DNA from: Candidatus Thorarchaeota archaeon
GTDB taxonomy: Archaea > Asgardarchaeota > Thorarchaeia > Thorarchaeales > Thorarchaeaceae
Length of the DNA stretch: 64,000 bases
Reading direction: 5' to 3'
Assembly (NCBI GenBank): GCA_048882485.1
Contig: JBHLRP010000003.1
Coordinates: 104,260-168,259, forward strand
Shown here: positions 19,009 through 27,821 of the stretch, one piece after another
How the letters are laid out: the number at the start of each line of letters is the position of its first letter
How positions within the stretch are numbered: position 1 is the stretch's first letter
Position numbers and translations under genes: made by a program
The notes under the pieces: generated by a model
Database searches by the model: none
Told to the model about the DNA's origin: nothing
Seen by the model: the letters and a program-made list of their open reading frames with translations, nothing else

Positions 19009-19740
19009 ATGTCTTCTAGAGAGCCTGACATTGCACGACGCGAATTCAAGCATGGGAAAGTTGCGTATGGCTTTCAATGGAATAAGACTCATCATGAACG
19101 CTTGGGAAAGCATGAGGGGGATCTTGCTTCCCTTTGGGCTCATATGACAAATATCACCTCTGGCAAGGTTCCGTCTGAACCATTCTCCGATCCATTCTAT
19201 GCGAGGGCTTCCTCCCTGAAGTTGCCAACGATGAATGCTACAAAGAAGGCAGCCATGAAGAACCGCTTGTTTAGAACAGGATCTGTAAAACGTTTCATGG
19301 ATAGTGACCTAATTAGCAAGCTAAGAGACTACCATCGTGCAAACAACAATCTAAGTTACAACGCGGACCATGGAATAGTGAGAGAGTTCCTATACAATGA
19401 TCCTAAAACTATTGCAATTGAAATCCCCGTGTGGTCTGAACGATATCGTCTGTCAGGGCATGTAGATCTCCTCAGATTCGTGGGAGACACTGTTGAGGTA
19501 TGCGATTACAAACCAGGGCCCATGCATTCTACTAGCAATCGATTCTTGGAATCAATACCACAAATCGCGGCCTATGGCGAGATGATGGCACATCACCTCG
19601 CGGGCACTCTGAGAAGCGCGCTTGATGCACCCCTACTCCCCAAAATTCGCTGCTGCGTCTTTGACACTCATGCATGCTGGGAGTTTGGTGCCGAGATGTT
19701 TGTGACTCTGATGGAATCTGGAAAGATATCTGGCTTCTAA
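19009..19740 (+). CDS. PD-(D/E)XK nuclease superfamily protein
   Basis: IAIEIPVW...GHVDLL...VCDYKP...QIAAYG, a RecB/Cas4-like motif set lacking Fe-S cysteines. Confidence 0.8.
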   Translation: MSSREPDIARREFKHGKVAYGFQWNKTHHERLGKHEGDLASLWAHMTNITSGKVPSEPFSDPFYARASSLKLPTMNATKKAAMKNRLFRTGSVKRFMDSDLISKLRDYHRANNNLSYNADHGIVREFLYNDPKTIAIEIPVWSERYRLSGHVDLLRFVGDTVEVCDYKPGPMHSTSNRFLESIPQIAAYGEMMAHHLAGTLRSALDAPLLPKIRCCVFDTHACWEFGAEMFVTLMESGKISGF

Positions 19741-20573
19741 TTCCGCCCGTTCTTGACAACTGTCATAGTCACATTTTCTTCAATACTGAGCAATCCTGTG
19801 TCTGCATTCCGAGTTTTTAATAGGATTGTAGGCCTCTGTGATACAAGTCCTTCTCGAATTCGTGAAAAGTAATTCTCGCTGAGCACTCCGAAACGACCGA
19901 GTGCAGGGTCAACCGGAACCCATCCTCGCTTCTCTAGGAAGATTTCGCACCACGCATGAGGTTCCGGCTTGGGTTGCCCCTTAAAGAAGTGACCAATGAC
20001 CCTTCTGGAGGGAATCTTGACCGCTCTTGTCAGCGCAATGAATAGGTCTGCATGTTCATCACAATCCCCCTCTTTTTCCAGCGCTGCTCTTGCCGCTCCT
20101 ATCCGCTCGTCTAGGTGAGTCTTTAGCTTCACTCGCTCTCGTACCACTTGAAAAGCCAGCCTTCCATATGAAAGATCTCCGTCGCTCTTTTCTGCGATAC
20201 CTTGAGACAACGTTTGAATGATTGGCTTGTCCAATTCCCAGTATCTTTGCATAGAACTATACATACCTATTGTCTGGTTCCTGATGGATTCTGGAATTGA
20301 TCGCTGCTCAATTAGCCAATCTCTAGCCGTAGTATCAATTCGCAGAATCACGGTAGGAGAGAAAGCTTCACCGGGACTGATCTCTGGAACCTTCATGACC
20401 GCAACAATATTCTTCTCTGCTCTCTCCATCACCCTGGCTGGAGGAAAGACATCAATCATCTCAACAAACTGATTGTCCATGTCAGTAAAGAGATGCCAAA
20501 TAAGCCGTCCATTACGAATCTTGGATTTTCCCCGATTCAATACATCGGCTTGCATCTCGATGCGTAATCTCAC
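19737..20573 (-). CDS. Transglutaminase-like cysteine protease domain protein
   Basis: Catalytic triad GDCDEHA / HAWCE / WVPVDP. Confidence 0.88.
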   Translation of the reverse strand: MRLRIEMQADVLNRGKSKIRNGRLIWHLFTDMDNQFVEMIDVFPPARVMERAEKNIVAVMKVPEISPGEAFSPTVILRIDTTARDWLIEQRSIPESIRNQTIGMYSSMQRYWELDKPIIQTLSQGIAEKSDGDLSYGRLAFQVVRERVKLKTHLDERIGAARAALEKEGDCDEHADLFIALTRAVKIPSRRVIGHFFKGQPKPEPHAWCEIFLEKRGWVPVDPALGRFGVLSENYFSRIREGLVSQRPTILLKTRNADTGLLSIEENVTMTVVKNGRN

Positions 20574-20685
20574 TACCCAACCTCACTCAATTCCAACAAG
20601 TCGTTCCTACTGCGAATAGATTTATGTGTTGTCTGCTACTCCAGACCTATTGCCTCAATGATTGATAGGTTAGTGAGGTTCGCTT

Positions 20686-22146
20686 ATGAGCAAAGATCCT
20701 AAGGACTCCCCCGAGCGAACGGGAGTAGTCGACGAATTGCTTGAGGAACTTGGTGTTGATGAGAGTCTCAAAAAGGATCTCATCGATTCAGGACGAATGC
20801 AGACTGATGTCTTCATGGTAGAGTCTGCAGAGCAAGTTCGCCGGCGGTTGGAGATAGAACGGAGTGCTGAAAGGCTCAGAGATAGTCTTGTCCTACTTGA
20901 ACGCAACATGATGAATGTTGATGCTACCGTTGACAGGGTCGAACGTGACCTAGTACCGGTTGTACTCTCTTTCTTGGTTGGACTAAAGGGGAACCTTGTG
21001 AATCTTAGGACGTCAATTATTGGTCGGAGCAAGCGAAGAGCCAAGACAAACCTACAGGCTGCTTATGTTGAAACAGAGGTCAAATCCATCGTTGAAGAAG
21101 AGTTCGAGAAAGTTGAGGAAACACTCACTACCGGTATGTCTGCTCCAATAATGGAGAAGGTGAAAGACATCACAGATGGCCTCAAGGGCTCCATGAAGAC
21201 TACATTTGAAGAAATGACCACCCTAAAGTCAAGCGTGGATGGTTTCACACAGCGCGCAACAACAGAGCTTGAGTTTCTTTCTAAGGAGCTGTTGATGAAG
21301 CCAAAGGAAATCACTTCTGTTGAACTCACCAGCAAAGTCAAGGAGCTCGAAAGACAAGTAGAGGAGCTCACACGTGATTTGGGTGTTGCTGAGGAGCGCC
21401 TGAAGAATAGAGAAGAAGAGATTGCCAGAGTTCAAACTGATTACAATGAAGCCAAAGCCAAAGAGGATTTGCTTGAAGAAACCATTGCGAAGATGAAGGC
21501 TGCTCCTCAGGTTGATGCAGATGTTCTGGTTGACCTTAGACAAAAGGTAAAGTCTCTAGAAACCGAACGCGATCTTCTAGCAAAGCGAGTGGGAGAGGAA
21601 GAGAGTCGTGCTTCCACTGCGGAAACGGCGGCAGCTGAACACCGATCAATGGTTTCAAAGAAGGAAATTGAGATTGGTGACTTGAAAGCTCAAGGAGCTG
21701 GACTTCAGAGTCAAATCGATTCTACTAGGGAACAACTGCTTGAAGTTGACGATCTTCGAGCGCGCCTTCGATCATATGAGTCGGGAGACAAGATGCGAGA
21801 GCTTGAACGCTTGCATAGTGAATATGATCGAATCAATGCTACATTTGAAAGAATGAAGAAGGACCACGATAAGACCCTTGCACGCCTACGGTATACAGAG
21901 CTGCGCTTGGAAGGATATCTCGGGCTTATGGAAGCAACTGACAAGACAAAGGGCTTCCTAATGATTGAGGAGAATAAAGAGATGTCCGTAAAGGCGATAG
22001 CCAATGCATTGGGCGTGTCCCAACCCATAGTCAGGAAATGGGCTGAGGATTACCAGAAGCTCGGTATTGCGCAGATTAAGGATGACGGAGAAACAATTGT
22101 CCTTGACAAGATGTTGATAGTACTGGAAGAGGATGAGGGGCAGTAG
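20686..22146 (+). CDS. Long coiled-coil protein with a C-terminal winged helix-turn-helix
   Basis: Heptad-rich E/K/R sequence; C-terminal MSVKAIANALGVSQPIVRKWAEDYQKLGI. Confidence 0.8.
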   Translation: MSKDPKDSPERTGVVDELLEELGVDESLKKDLIDSGRMQTDVFMVESAEQVRRRLEIERSAERLRDSLVLLERNMMNVDATVDRVERDLVPVVLSFLVGLKGNLVNLRTSIIGRSKRRAKTNLQAAYVETEVKSIVEEEFEKVEETLTTGMSAPIMEKVKDITDGLKGSMKTTFEEMTTLKSSVDGFTQRATTELEFLSKELLMKPKEITSVELTSKVKELERQVEELTRDLGVAEERLKNREEEIARVQTDYNEAKAKEDLLEETIAKMKAAPQVDADVLVDLRQKVKSLETERDLLAKRVGEEESRASTAETAAAEHRSMVSKKEIEIGDLKAQGAGLQSQIDSTREQLLEVDDLRARLRSYESGDKMRELERLHSEYDRINATFERMKKDHDKTLARLRYTELRLEGYLGLMEATDKTKGFLMIEENKEMSVKAIANALGVSQPIVRKWAEDYQKLGIAQIKDDGETIVLDKMLIVLEEDEGQ

Positions 22147-22147
22147 T

Positions 22148-22622
22148 CTAGGCCTTCTGCACCTTACTAAAGAATTGGACTACCTCTAATTGCCCGTCTA
22201 TCTGCAACACACTCTCGTAGAGCTTCTCAATCCATTCTGAGCTTGCTGAGCTAGTCATATATTGCTTCATAGCGGGTTTCAAGACATCCTGCACGAAAGT
22301 CCTTCTCAGACATTCGAGAGCCTCGACTAGCTCAGCACCCAATTGACCGGACCTAAGAGCGTTTTTCACAGCAAGATATTGCACTCTACATTTTCGTGAT
22401 GCGACATGTCTTTTCCTTGGTCCATCCAGAGCTTGCTTTGCTAGAGAGAAGTACTAGTCTGTGGCTTTGCTGAAGTCAGTGACTGCTAGATACTTGGTTT
22501 CTGAACACCGGCTAAGGAATGGCCTAGTCCTGTCAGTGACTGAACCAAACAGGCCGCTGAGTGTTTGGAACTCCCTAGGTTTCTTCAACAGAAAAACCAT
22601 CAGCAAATGGGTCTGAACTCAT
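22148..22622 (-). pseudogene. Probable disrupted hypothetical gene (frameshift near 22577 and in-frame TAG at 22456-22454)
   Basis: The frame of ORF 22148..22384 continues upstream through one TAG to an ATG at 22600. A different-frame ATG at 22622, preceded by GGAGTG, gives MSSDPFADGFSVEET and then TAG. Confidence 0.55.
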
Positions 22623-22695
22623 TTTAATCTTGACACTCCCATTATTCTCACACACCATAAGACGAATAAGAGTCAACGGGAACGAGACCCTGATT

Positions 22696-23742
22696 ATGAA
22701 GGAAGCAGTGCTCTATTCCAACCTGAAGGAAGGAGTCAGATGTGATCTATGCGCCAGAAGGTGTGTCATACGTGAGGGTGAAACCGGTTTCTGTAGAGTG
22801 AGAAGCCTGAAGAATTCCAAGCTATACACATCTGTCTATGGGCTGATTGATGGAATGGCAGCTGATCCAATCGAGAAGAAACCCTTGTTTCACTTTGCGC
22901 CTGGTTCTAGAACATTCTCTATTAGCACCTCTTCGTGTAACTTCAGATGTCAATTCTGTTTGAACTATCATTCCTCCCACCGTGATAGTCCAGTAGGTCG
23001 CCAAATGAGTCCTGAAGCAATCGTGAATCAGGCTGAACAGACAGAATGCGCTGGAATAACATACACATATACTGAGCCCACTATCTTCATGGAGCTCGCA
23101 TATGATACTGCAAGGATAGCAAACTCGAAGGGAATGTTCAACACATTTGTCACTAATGGCTACATGACAGTAGAGGCAGTAGACTACATTGCACCGTATC
23201 TTGATGCCGCATCTGTTAACCTCAAAGGAAGTGCTAACAAAGCGTTCATGCAGCAGTACATGGACGTCCCTAAGCCTGAGCCTATATTCAATTCAATGAT
23301 CCGCATGAAGGAGAGGGGCATCTTCATAGAAATAACAAATCTGATTATTCCCGAAATTGGTGATCATGAAAATGACACAAGAGCTTTATCAGAGTGGGTT
23401 GTGGATAATCTTGGTCCTAGGACTCCGCTTCATATAATTGCTTTTTCTCCTACATTTAAGATTACGAACCTTCCCCGAACTCCAGCAAGAATGCTGGAGA
23501 GGCACATCAAGATAGCAAGAGACTCTGGACTGACCTTTGTTTATTCTGGAAACATAGGTGGACATGACTACGAGAATACATACTGTCCGGAATGCGGCTA
23601 TAGGGCAATAGAGCGCTATGGAGTTTATTTGAAGAGGAACCATCTCAACAAACAAGGTAACTGCCCAAATTGTAATGCAAATCTGAATATTCAGGGAGTG
23701 CAATGGATGGGCGAGGGCACTCCACGCCTGACCTTTTTCTAG
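22696..23742 (+). CDS. AmmeMemoRadiSam system radical SAM enzyme
   Basis: VRCDLCARRC, DPIEKKPLFHF, CNFRCQFC, YTYTEPTI and NTYCPECG motifs. Start placed at MKEAVLY. Confidence 0.9.
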   Translation: MKEAVLYSNLKEGVRCDLCARRCVIREGETGFCRVRSLKNSKLYTSVYGLIDGMAADPIEKKPLFHFAPGSRTFSISTSSCNFRCQFCLNYHSSHRDSPVGRQMSPEAIVNQAEQTECAGITYTYTEPTIFMELAYDTARIANSKGMFNTFVTNGYMTVEAVDYIAPYLDAASVNLKGSANKAFMQQYMDVPKPEPIFNSMIRMKERGIFIEITNLIIPEIGDHENDTRALSEWVVDNLGPRTPLHIIAFSPTFKITNLPRTPARMLERHIKIARDSGLTFVYSGNIGGHDYENTYCPECGYRAIERYGVYLKRNHLNKQGNCPNCNANLNIQGVQWMGEGTPRLTFF

Positions 23743-23753
23743 GAGAATTTGCT

Positions 23754-24647
23754 ATGCATGTGATGAATGTCCTCTGGCGACCTACAAGTCGGGATACCTT
23801 CGAGCCCGGATTAAGGGTTTGGCCAACTGATGCAGACACACCACATTTTCTATCGCTTCCATCAGAATACGATGTGAGATGGACCATCCTAGGTCCCAAA
23901 CATTGCATTGGCCACGTAGATTCACAAGGCATACCGGTGAGATGTCCTGAGCATAGTCTGGTTCGCAGAGGTATGCGTCGATGTGGTCCATGTTCTGCAA
24001 TGGACGAAATGGATCCCTGTATTCGTTGTGACGGGAGCTACTGCAACGCTAATGAAGAGCGAAAGGAGCGATGCCGTTCCACTGAATATGCCGTTTATCT
24101 GGCTGTCTTCAATGATGGCACTCTGAAGATTGGCGTTTCTTCAAGAGCAAGGATAGAAACCAGATGGGTTGAACAGGGCGCAGACTACGGTGGAGTGATT
24201 GGAATCATTGAAGGAGGTTTGAAGGCTCGACAAATTGAGCACAAACTGGGTTCTAGATCTGAAGTCAAAAAGCAGGTCAGAGCTGAAAGGAAGGCTTTGC
24301 ACCTTTTGAAGCCTATCAGTCTGGGGAGGGCTCAAGAAATCGCGCAAGGTTTTCTTGACACTGTCAAGGAGAAAGAGATTGAATCAGAAATAACACTTCA
24401 GGACCTATCGAAATACTATCCTATTGATTCATTGAACGCAGAACCTCAGAGGTGGAGGTCGGGAAGAACTCCAATTGAAGGCCTCCAGTTGGCTGGACAA
24501 GTTCTAGGCATGAAAGGATCACTGCTTGTGACCCGATTTGGCTCAGCCTTCACAGTAGCAAACCTGTCAGAGCTAATTGGCTACTCCATAGATGATACTT
24601 CTGAAGTGCGAATGACTGCTCAAACAGGCCTTCTTGATTTCTTATGA
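23754..24647 (+). CDS. DUF2797-like Cys-rich protein
   Basis: Cys clusters, VYLA...LKIGVS...TRWVEQGA and GMKGSLL. AGGAG lies upstream of the ATG at 23754. Confidence 0.75.
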   Translation: MHVMNVLWRPTSRDTFEPGLRVWPTDADTPHFLSLPSEYDVRWTILGPKHCIGHVDSQGIPVRCPEHSLVRRGMRRCGPCSAMDEMDPCIRCDGSYCNANEERKERCRSTEYAVYLAVFNDGTLKIGVSSRARIETRWVEQGADYGGVIGIIEGGLKARQIEHKLGSRSEVKKQVRAERKALHLLKPISLGRAQEIAQGFLDTVKEKEIESEITLQDLSKYYPIDSLNAEPQRWRSGRTPIEGLQLAGQVLGMKGSLLVTRFGSAFTVANLSELIGYSIDDTSEVRMTAQTGLLDFL

Positions 24648-24693
24648 TGTTCAGATAAGTTATATCTGGCCAATTGTCCTGTCAGTAATTACG

Positions 24694-25551
24694 ATGAGTG
24701 AGCCAGAAGACCATGGTGCAAAGGTCCGCTACCTCTCCCTGGTGAGAAGGGAGGGAGGTGAGCCAATAATAGGCATTCCCTATCGTGAGATGTCTGTGGA
24801 CCCAGACTTGGTCGCGAGTTTTGTCCTTGCTATCATCATCTTTGAGAACCGCCAGTTGAAAACATTCACAAAAGAAGGCTATGTCGTAGTCATCGAAGAA
24901 GGGGACTATGTGGTTGGGCTACTCATCATTGATAAGGTGGAGGATGATACAGAGTACCGACAGGCGCTGATCAAACTCATTGAGCAATTCGAATCAGAAT
25001 ACGAAATACATCTACAAAACTGGAAGGGTGACATTCGTCCTTTCAGGGAGTACGCTCTCACCATTCTCGGGATTTTCCCATATCGAAAACTCGATTGGGA
25101 ATTGGTTCCTCGAATGGTCACAAAATCCGAGGCAACTCCTGATCTTCAAGCAACCATACCTTGGAGTGTTGGGGAAACTGATGAGAAATTGCAGCTAATC
25201 TCAGGATACATCAATGGCAAGCGGTCAATTGGTGAGATTATTGATCAGGCTGAGATACCTGAGGCTGAAGCATTAGCGCTATTTTCAATGCTTGATCGGT
25301 ACAAATGGATTACATTGAGCAGACGTTTGGAAGAGAAGAGTATACTAGTGAAGGTGATGGAGCCTCCCCTTTTATTGCGAGGGGTATACGGGGACCAGCT
25401 GACAGCTCTTGTGGAACTCTGTGATGGCACCAAAACTCTTCTCGAAATCTGTGAATCATTACCGTACAATATGGAAGCAGTCAAAACGGTAGCAAAGAAT
25501 CTGATAGATGCTGGGGTGCTAGGTTACCATGATTTGGAATTGGCAAAATAG
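24694..25551 (+). CDS. Longin-like domain plus two winged-helix domains (NPRL2/3-like architecture), paralogue A
   Basis: N-terminal DPDLVASFVLAI...LIEQFESEY...WKGD longin pattern; YINGKRSIGEI and LCDGTKTLLEI winged-helix repeats. Confidence 0.7.
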   Translation: MSEPEDHGAKVRYLSLVRREGGEPIIGIPYREMSVDPDLVASFVLAIIIFENRQLKTFTKEGYVVVIEEGDYVVGLLIIDKVEDDTEYRQALIKLIEQFESEYEIHLQNWKGDIRPFREYALTILGIFPYRKLDWELVPRMVTKSEATPDLQATIPWSVGETDEKLQLISGYINGKRSIGEIIDQAEIPEAEALALFSMLDRYKWITLSRRLEEKSILVKVMEPPLLLRGVYGDQLTALVELCDGTKTLLEICESLPYNMEAVKTVAKNLIDAGVLGYHDLELAK

Positions 25552-25616
25552 CGAATTTCTCCCTTCACCAGCAAAGGCTATTAACATAGCATCACCGCTC
25601 TCAGAATGCGCAAAGA

Positions 25617-26477
25617 ATGAATACTGGAGAGGAGGTATGGCTGAACTTGTCAATTGATACCAAGAAGGTCAGATATATCTCCCTTATCCGGATGGAAGGC
25701 GGCGAATCTGTTCTCAACGTGCCTTACGCTGAAATGACTGTTGATCCGGACCTCATCGCTGGCTTTGTCACAGCTGTGATTATTTTTGCCAAGACTCCAA
25801 TTCGAACAATAAGAAAAGCTGCATATGATATTCTAATTGAAGTTGGAGAGACCGTGTTGGTCCTTCTTGTAGTTGACCCAGTTCCTGATGAAGCTCCATA
25901 CCGTGAGAAACTCAATAAGATTCTACAAGAAGTCGAAGCAACCCATGGTAGGAAATTGAAGGATTTTGAAGGCGATGTCAGAATATTCAGGGATTTTGCC
26001 CTGAATATTATCAAGGAGTTTCCATATATGGAGATTGACCTTGACCTGGTACCTATACGTAGGTCTGGAGGGTCTAGGATAGGATTTCGTGTTGGCGATG
26101 TTGACAAAAAGCTGGAGCAGGTGGAGGCTTTCATCAATGGAAAACGCACAGTTGCTGAGATACTCGATTTGATTGGCCTGCCAGAAGATGAGGTTCTTGC
26201 AGCGATTTCTGCTCTTGCCAAGTATAAATGGATAGGCTTCAAACGCAGGCTCACAGAGAACGATGTTCTCGTGCATAATGATTGTCAAGACATAGATATC
26301 GATAAGCTTCGAATCCAATACGAAGCTAATGCAGTAGATGGCTTGATTGCCAGTTTTGATGGTGTGAAATCAATTACTGAGGTTTTCCAATCATTGCAAA
26401 ATGACCGCTACGATCGCAATGCGCTTTGGTTTCTGATCCACAAGCTTGTAGAATATGGTTGCCTTACACCGGCCTAA
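25617..26477 (+). CDS. Longin-like domain plus two winged-helix domains, paralogue B (start possibly TTG 25647)
   Basis: KVRYISLIRMEGGE, DPDLIAGFVTAV, FINGKRTVAEI, FDGVKSITEV and LVEYGCL; collinear with paralogue A. Confidence 0.7.
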   Translation: MNTGEEVWLNLSIDTKKVRYISLIRMEGGESVLNVPYAEMTVDPDLIAGFVTAVIIFAKTPIRTIRKAAYDILIEVGETVLVLLVVDPVPDEAPYREKLNKILQEVEATHGRKLKDFEGDVRIFRDFALNIIKEFPYMEIDLDLVPIRRSGGSRIGFRVGDVDKKLEQVEAFINGKRTVAEILDLIGLPEDEVLAAISALAKYKWIGFKRRLTENDVLVHNDCQDIDIDKLRIQYEANAVDGLIASFDGVKSITEVFQSLQNDRYDRNALWFLIHKLVEYGCLTPA

Positions 26478-26483
26478 TGTGTT

Positions 26484-27308
26484 TCAAAGCGGTGTATCAT
26501 CACCAGGGATTCCAACAACATCGCTTCTACATTGCTGACACTGATGAAACTGCTTAATATACTCTGAAGCGCTCTTTCTTGCCGCTGCCAATTCGCGGCC
26601 AGAAGGTGCTTTCATTCGTATCATACTGTCGTTTGGAACCAGTGGCACTATGTTATGAAGAGTAGCTCCAGCTTCAGAGATACTTCTAGCCAATGAATCA
26701 ATATCGCCTCCGTTTATGGATGGAATAAGAATGGTATTTGCTTTTACACGAATGCCCCCGCTACATGCTCTGCGAATCCCTTCCAGTTGTTTCTCAATAA
26801 TGCGTTTCCCCATCTTCTCCCCCCGCATAAGTCTTCCATCAATTATAGCCCATTCGTAGATTCTCGCGGCGGATTGAGGATTGACTGTGCTTATAGATAC
26901 TGACACGGTTTCAAGATTGATTCTCAGAAGGCTTGGAATCTGCGACGCAAGTAATATTCCATTTGTGCTCAAGCAGAAATGGATACCCGGCAAGGCTGTC
27001 TTGATTTTCTGAAGAGTGTGGAGCGTTGCATCATTTGCTAGCGGCTCTCCAGGACCTGATACTGCCACGATTCTAAGATTGGGCCTTCTTTCGATTTCCT
27101 CAATAGCTCTATTCACAGCATCTTCAGAATTCATCAATATTCGCGAAGCACCAGGCACATGAGTGTGACAAGCAGAAGCACCCTTTCCATCACAGAATGC
27201 ACATTTCACATTGCATACTCTTGCCACCGGTAGATGAATTCGCTCCCAGATGCTTTGTCTGCAATCAGACCAACATGGATGAAGTTCGGCTGGATACGCT
27301 AGTTGCAT
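26484..27308 (-). CDS. Stand-alone NifB-like radical SAM protein (no NifX domain)
   Basis: HPC, RIHLPVARVCNVKCAFC, SGPGEPLAN, CLSTNG and C-terminal CQQCRSD. Confidence 0.82.
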   Translation of the reverse strand: MQLAYPAELHPCWSDCRQSIWERIHLPVARVCNVKCAFCDGKGASACHTHVPGASRILMNSEDAVNRAIEEIERRPNLRIVAVSGPGEPLANDATLHTLQKIKTALPGIHFCLSTNGILLASQIPSLLRINLETVSVSISTVNPQSAARIYEWAIIDGRLMRGEKMGKRIIEKQLEGIRRACSGGIRVKANTILIPSINGGDIDSLARSISEAGATLHNIVPLVPNDSMIRMKAPSGRELAAARKSASEYIKQFHQCQQCRSDVVGIPGDDTPL

Positions 27309-27319
27309 TGCTTAATCAC

Positions 27320-27712
27320 TTAAGTTAGGTCTCGTAGAATCTTGCTTGCCTCTCTTGCAGCAAGCTTTGCATCGTTGAAGATTAAACCCAATCTTGCATT
27401 TTCTGGCGCAGTTACGGCTAGGAGGTATTCTGAGGGCATTGTAACAACAAGTGTAGATCCTCGGCTTCCCTGAATTATTATAGATTTGAGATTCCCTTGA
27501 CGTAGTTCTCGAACTGTCTGTTCTCCTGCAGAGTGAATGCCTGCTACCATTGCAGCTACAGCAACCTCTTCGGTTCTGCCATGAAAGTGACTCACGAGTG
27601 GCAATCCTTCCACAGAAAGTATGGCGGCACCAAGAATCGGCGAATTATTAGAGAGTTTCTTCAGAACCTCTTTGAGTATGCCAGGCATATCTTCCGCGAC
27701 AGGCTTTGCCAA
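27320..27712 (-). CDS. Roadblock/LC7 (MglB-like) domain protein
   Basis: GAAILSVEGLPL, AAMVAGI and ARLGLIF; 130 aa. Confidence 0.9.
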   Translation of the reverse strand: MAKPVAEDMPGILKEVLKKLSNNSPILGAAILSVEGLPLVSHFHGRTEEVAVAAMVAGIHSAGEQTVRELRQGNLKSIIIQGSRGSTLVVTMPSEYLLAVTAPENARLGLIFNDAKLAAREASKILRDLT

Positions 27713-27821
27713 CTTCCATCCCTCGAAATGAATCGGTCATCTCTCAAACGGCACTACTATCTGTTGGGAGGCTGGTAGCAAATAAAGCTTGGGAGCATAT
27801 GTCCTGCGGGGCGGTTTGTAT

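Noticed and set aside
19009-19740. Cas4 or a CRISPR locus
   Set aside because: It lacks the four Fe-S cysteines, and I saw no cas genes or repeat-spacer array.
19737-20573. PNGase completing the ERAD-like module
   Set aside because: The transglutaminase triad is generic, PNGase zinc-binding CxxC pairs are absent, and the gene is about 9 kb away.
20686-22146. SMC/Rad50 ATPase
   Set aside because: No Walker A/B, signature or hinge/zinc-hook motifs.
22454-22456. Genome-wide amber (pyrrolysine) recoding
   Set aside because: TAG ends many clearly complete genes here (for example at 12421, 22146, 36062 and 41355), and a second lesion in the same gene favours a pseudogene.
26484-27308. Evidence of nitrogen fixation
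   Set aside because: NifB alone is insufficient, and no nitrogenase structural genes are present in the window.
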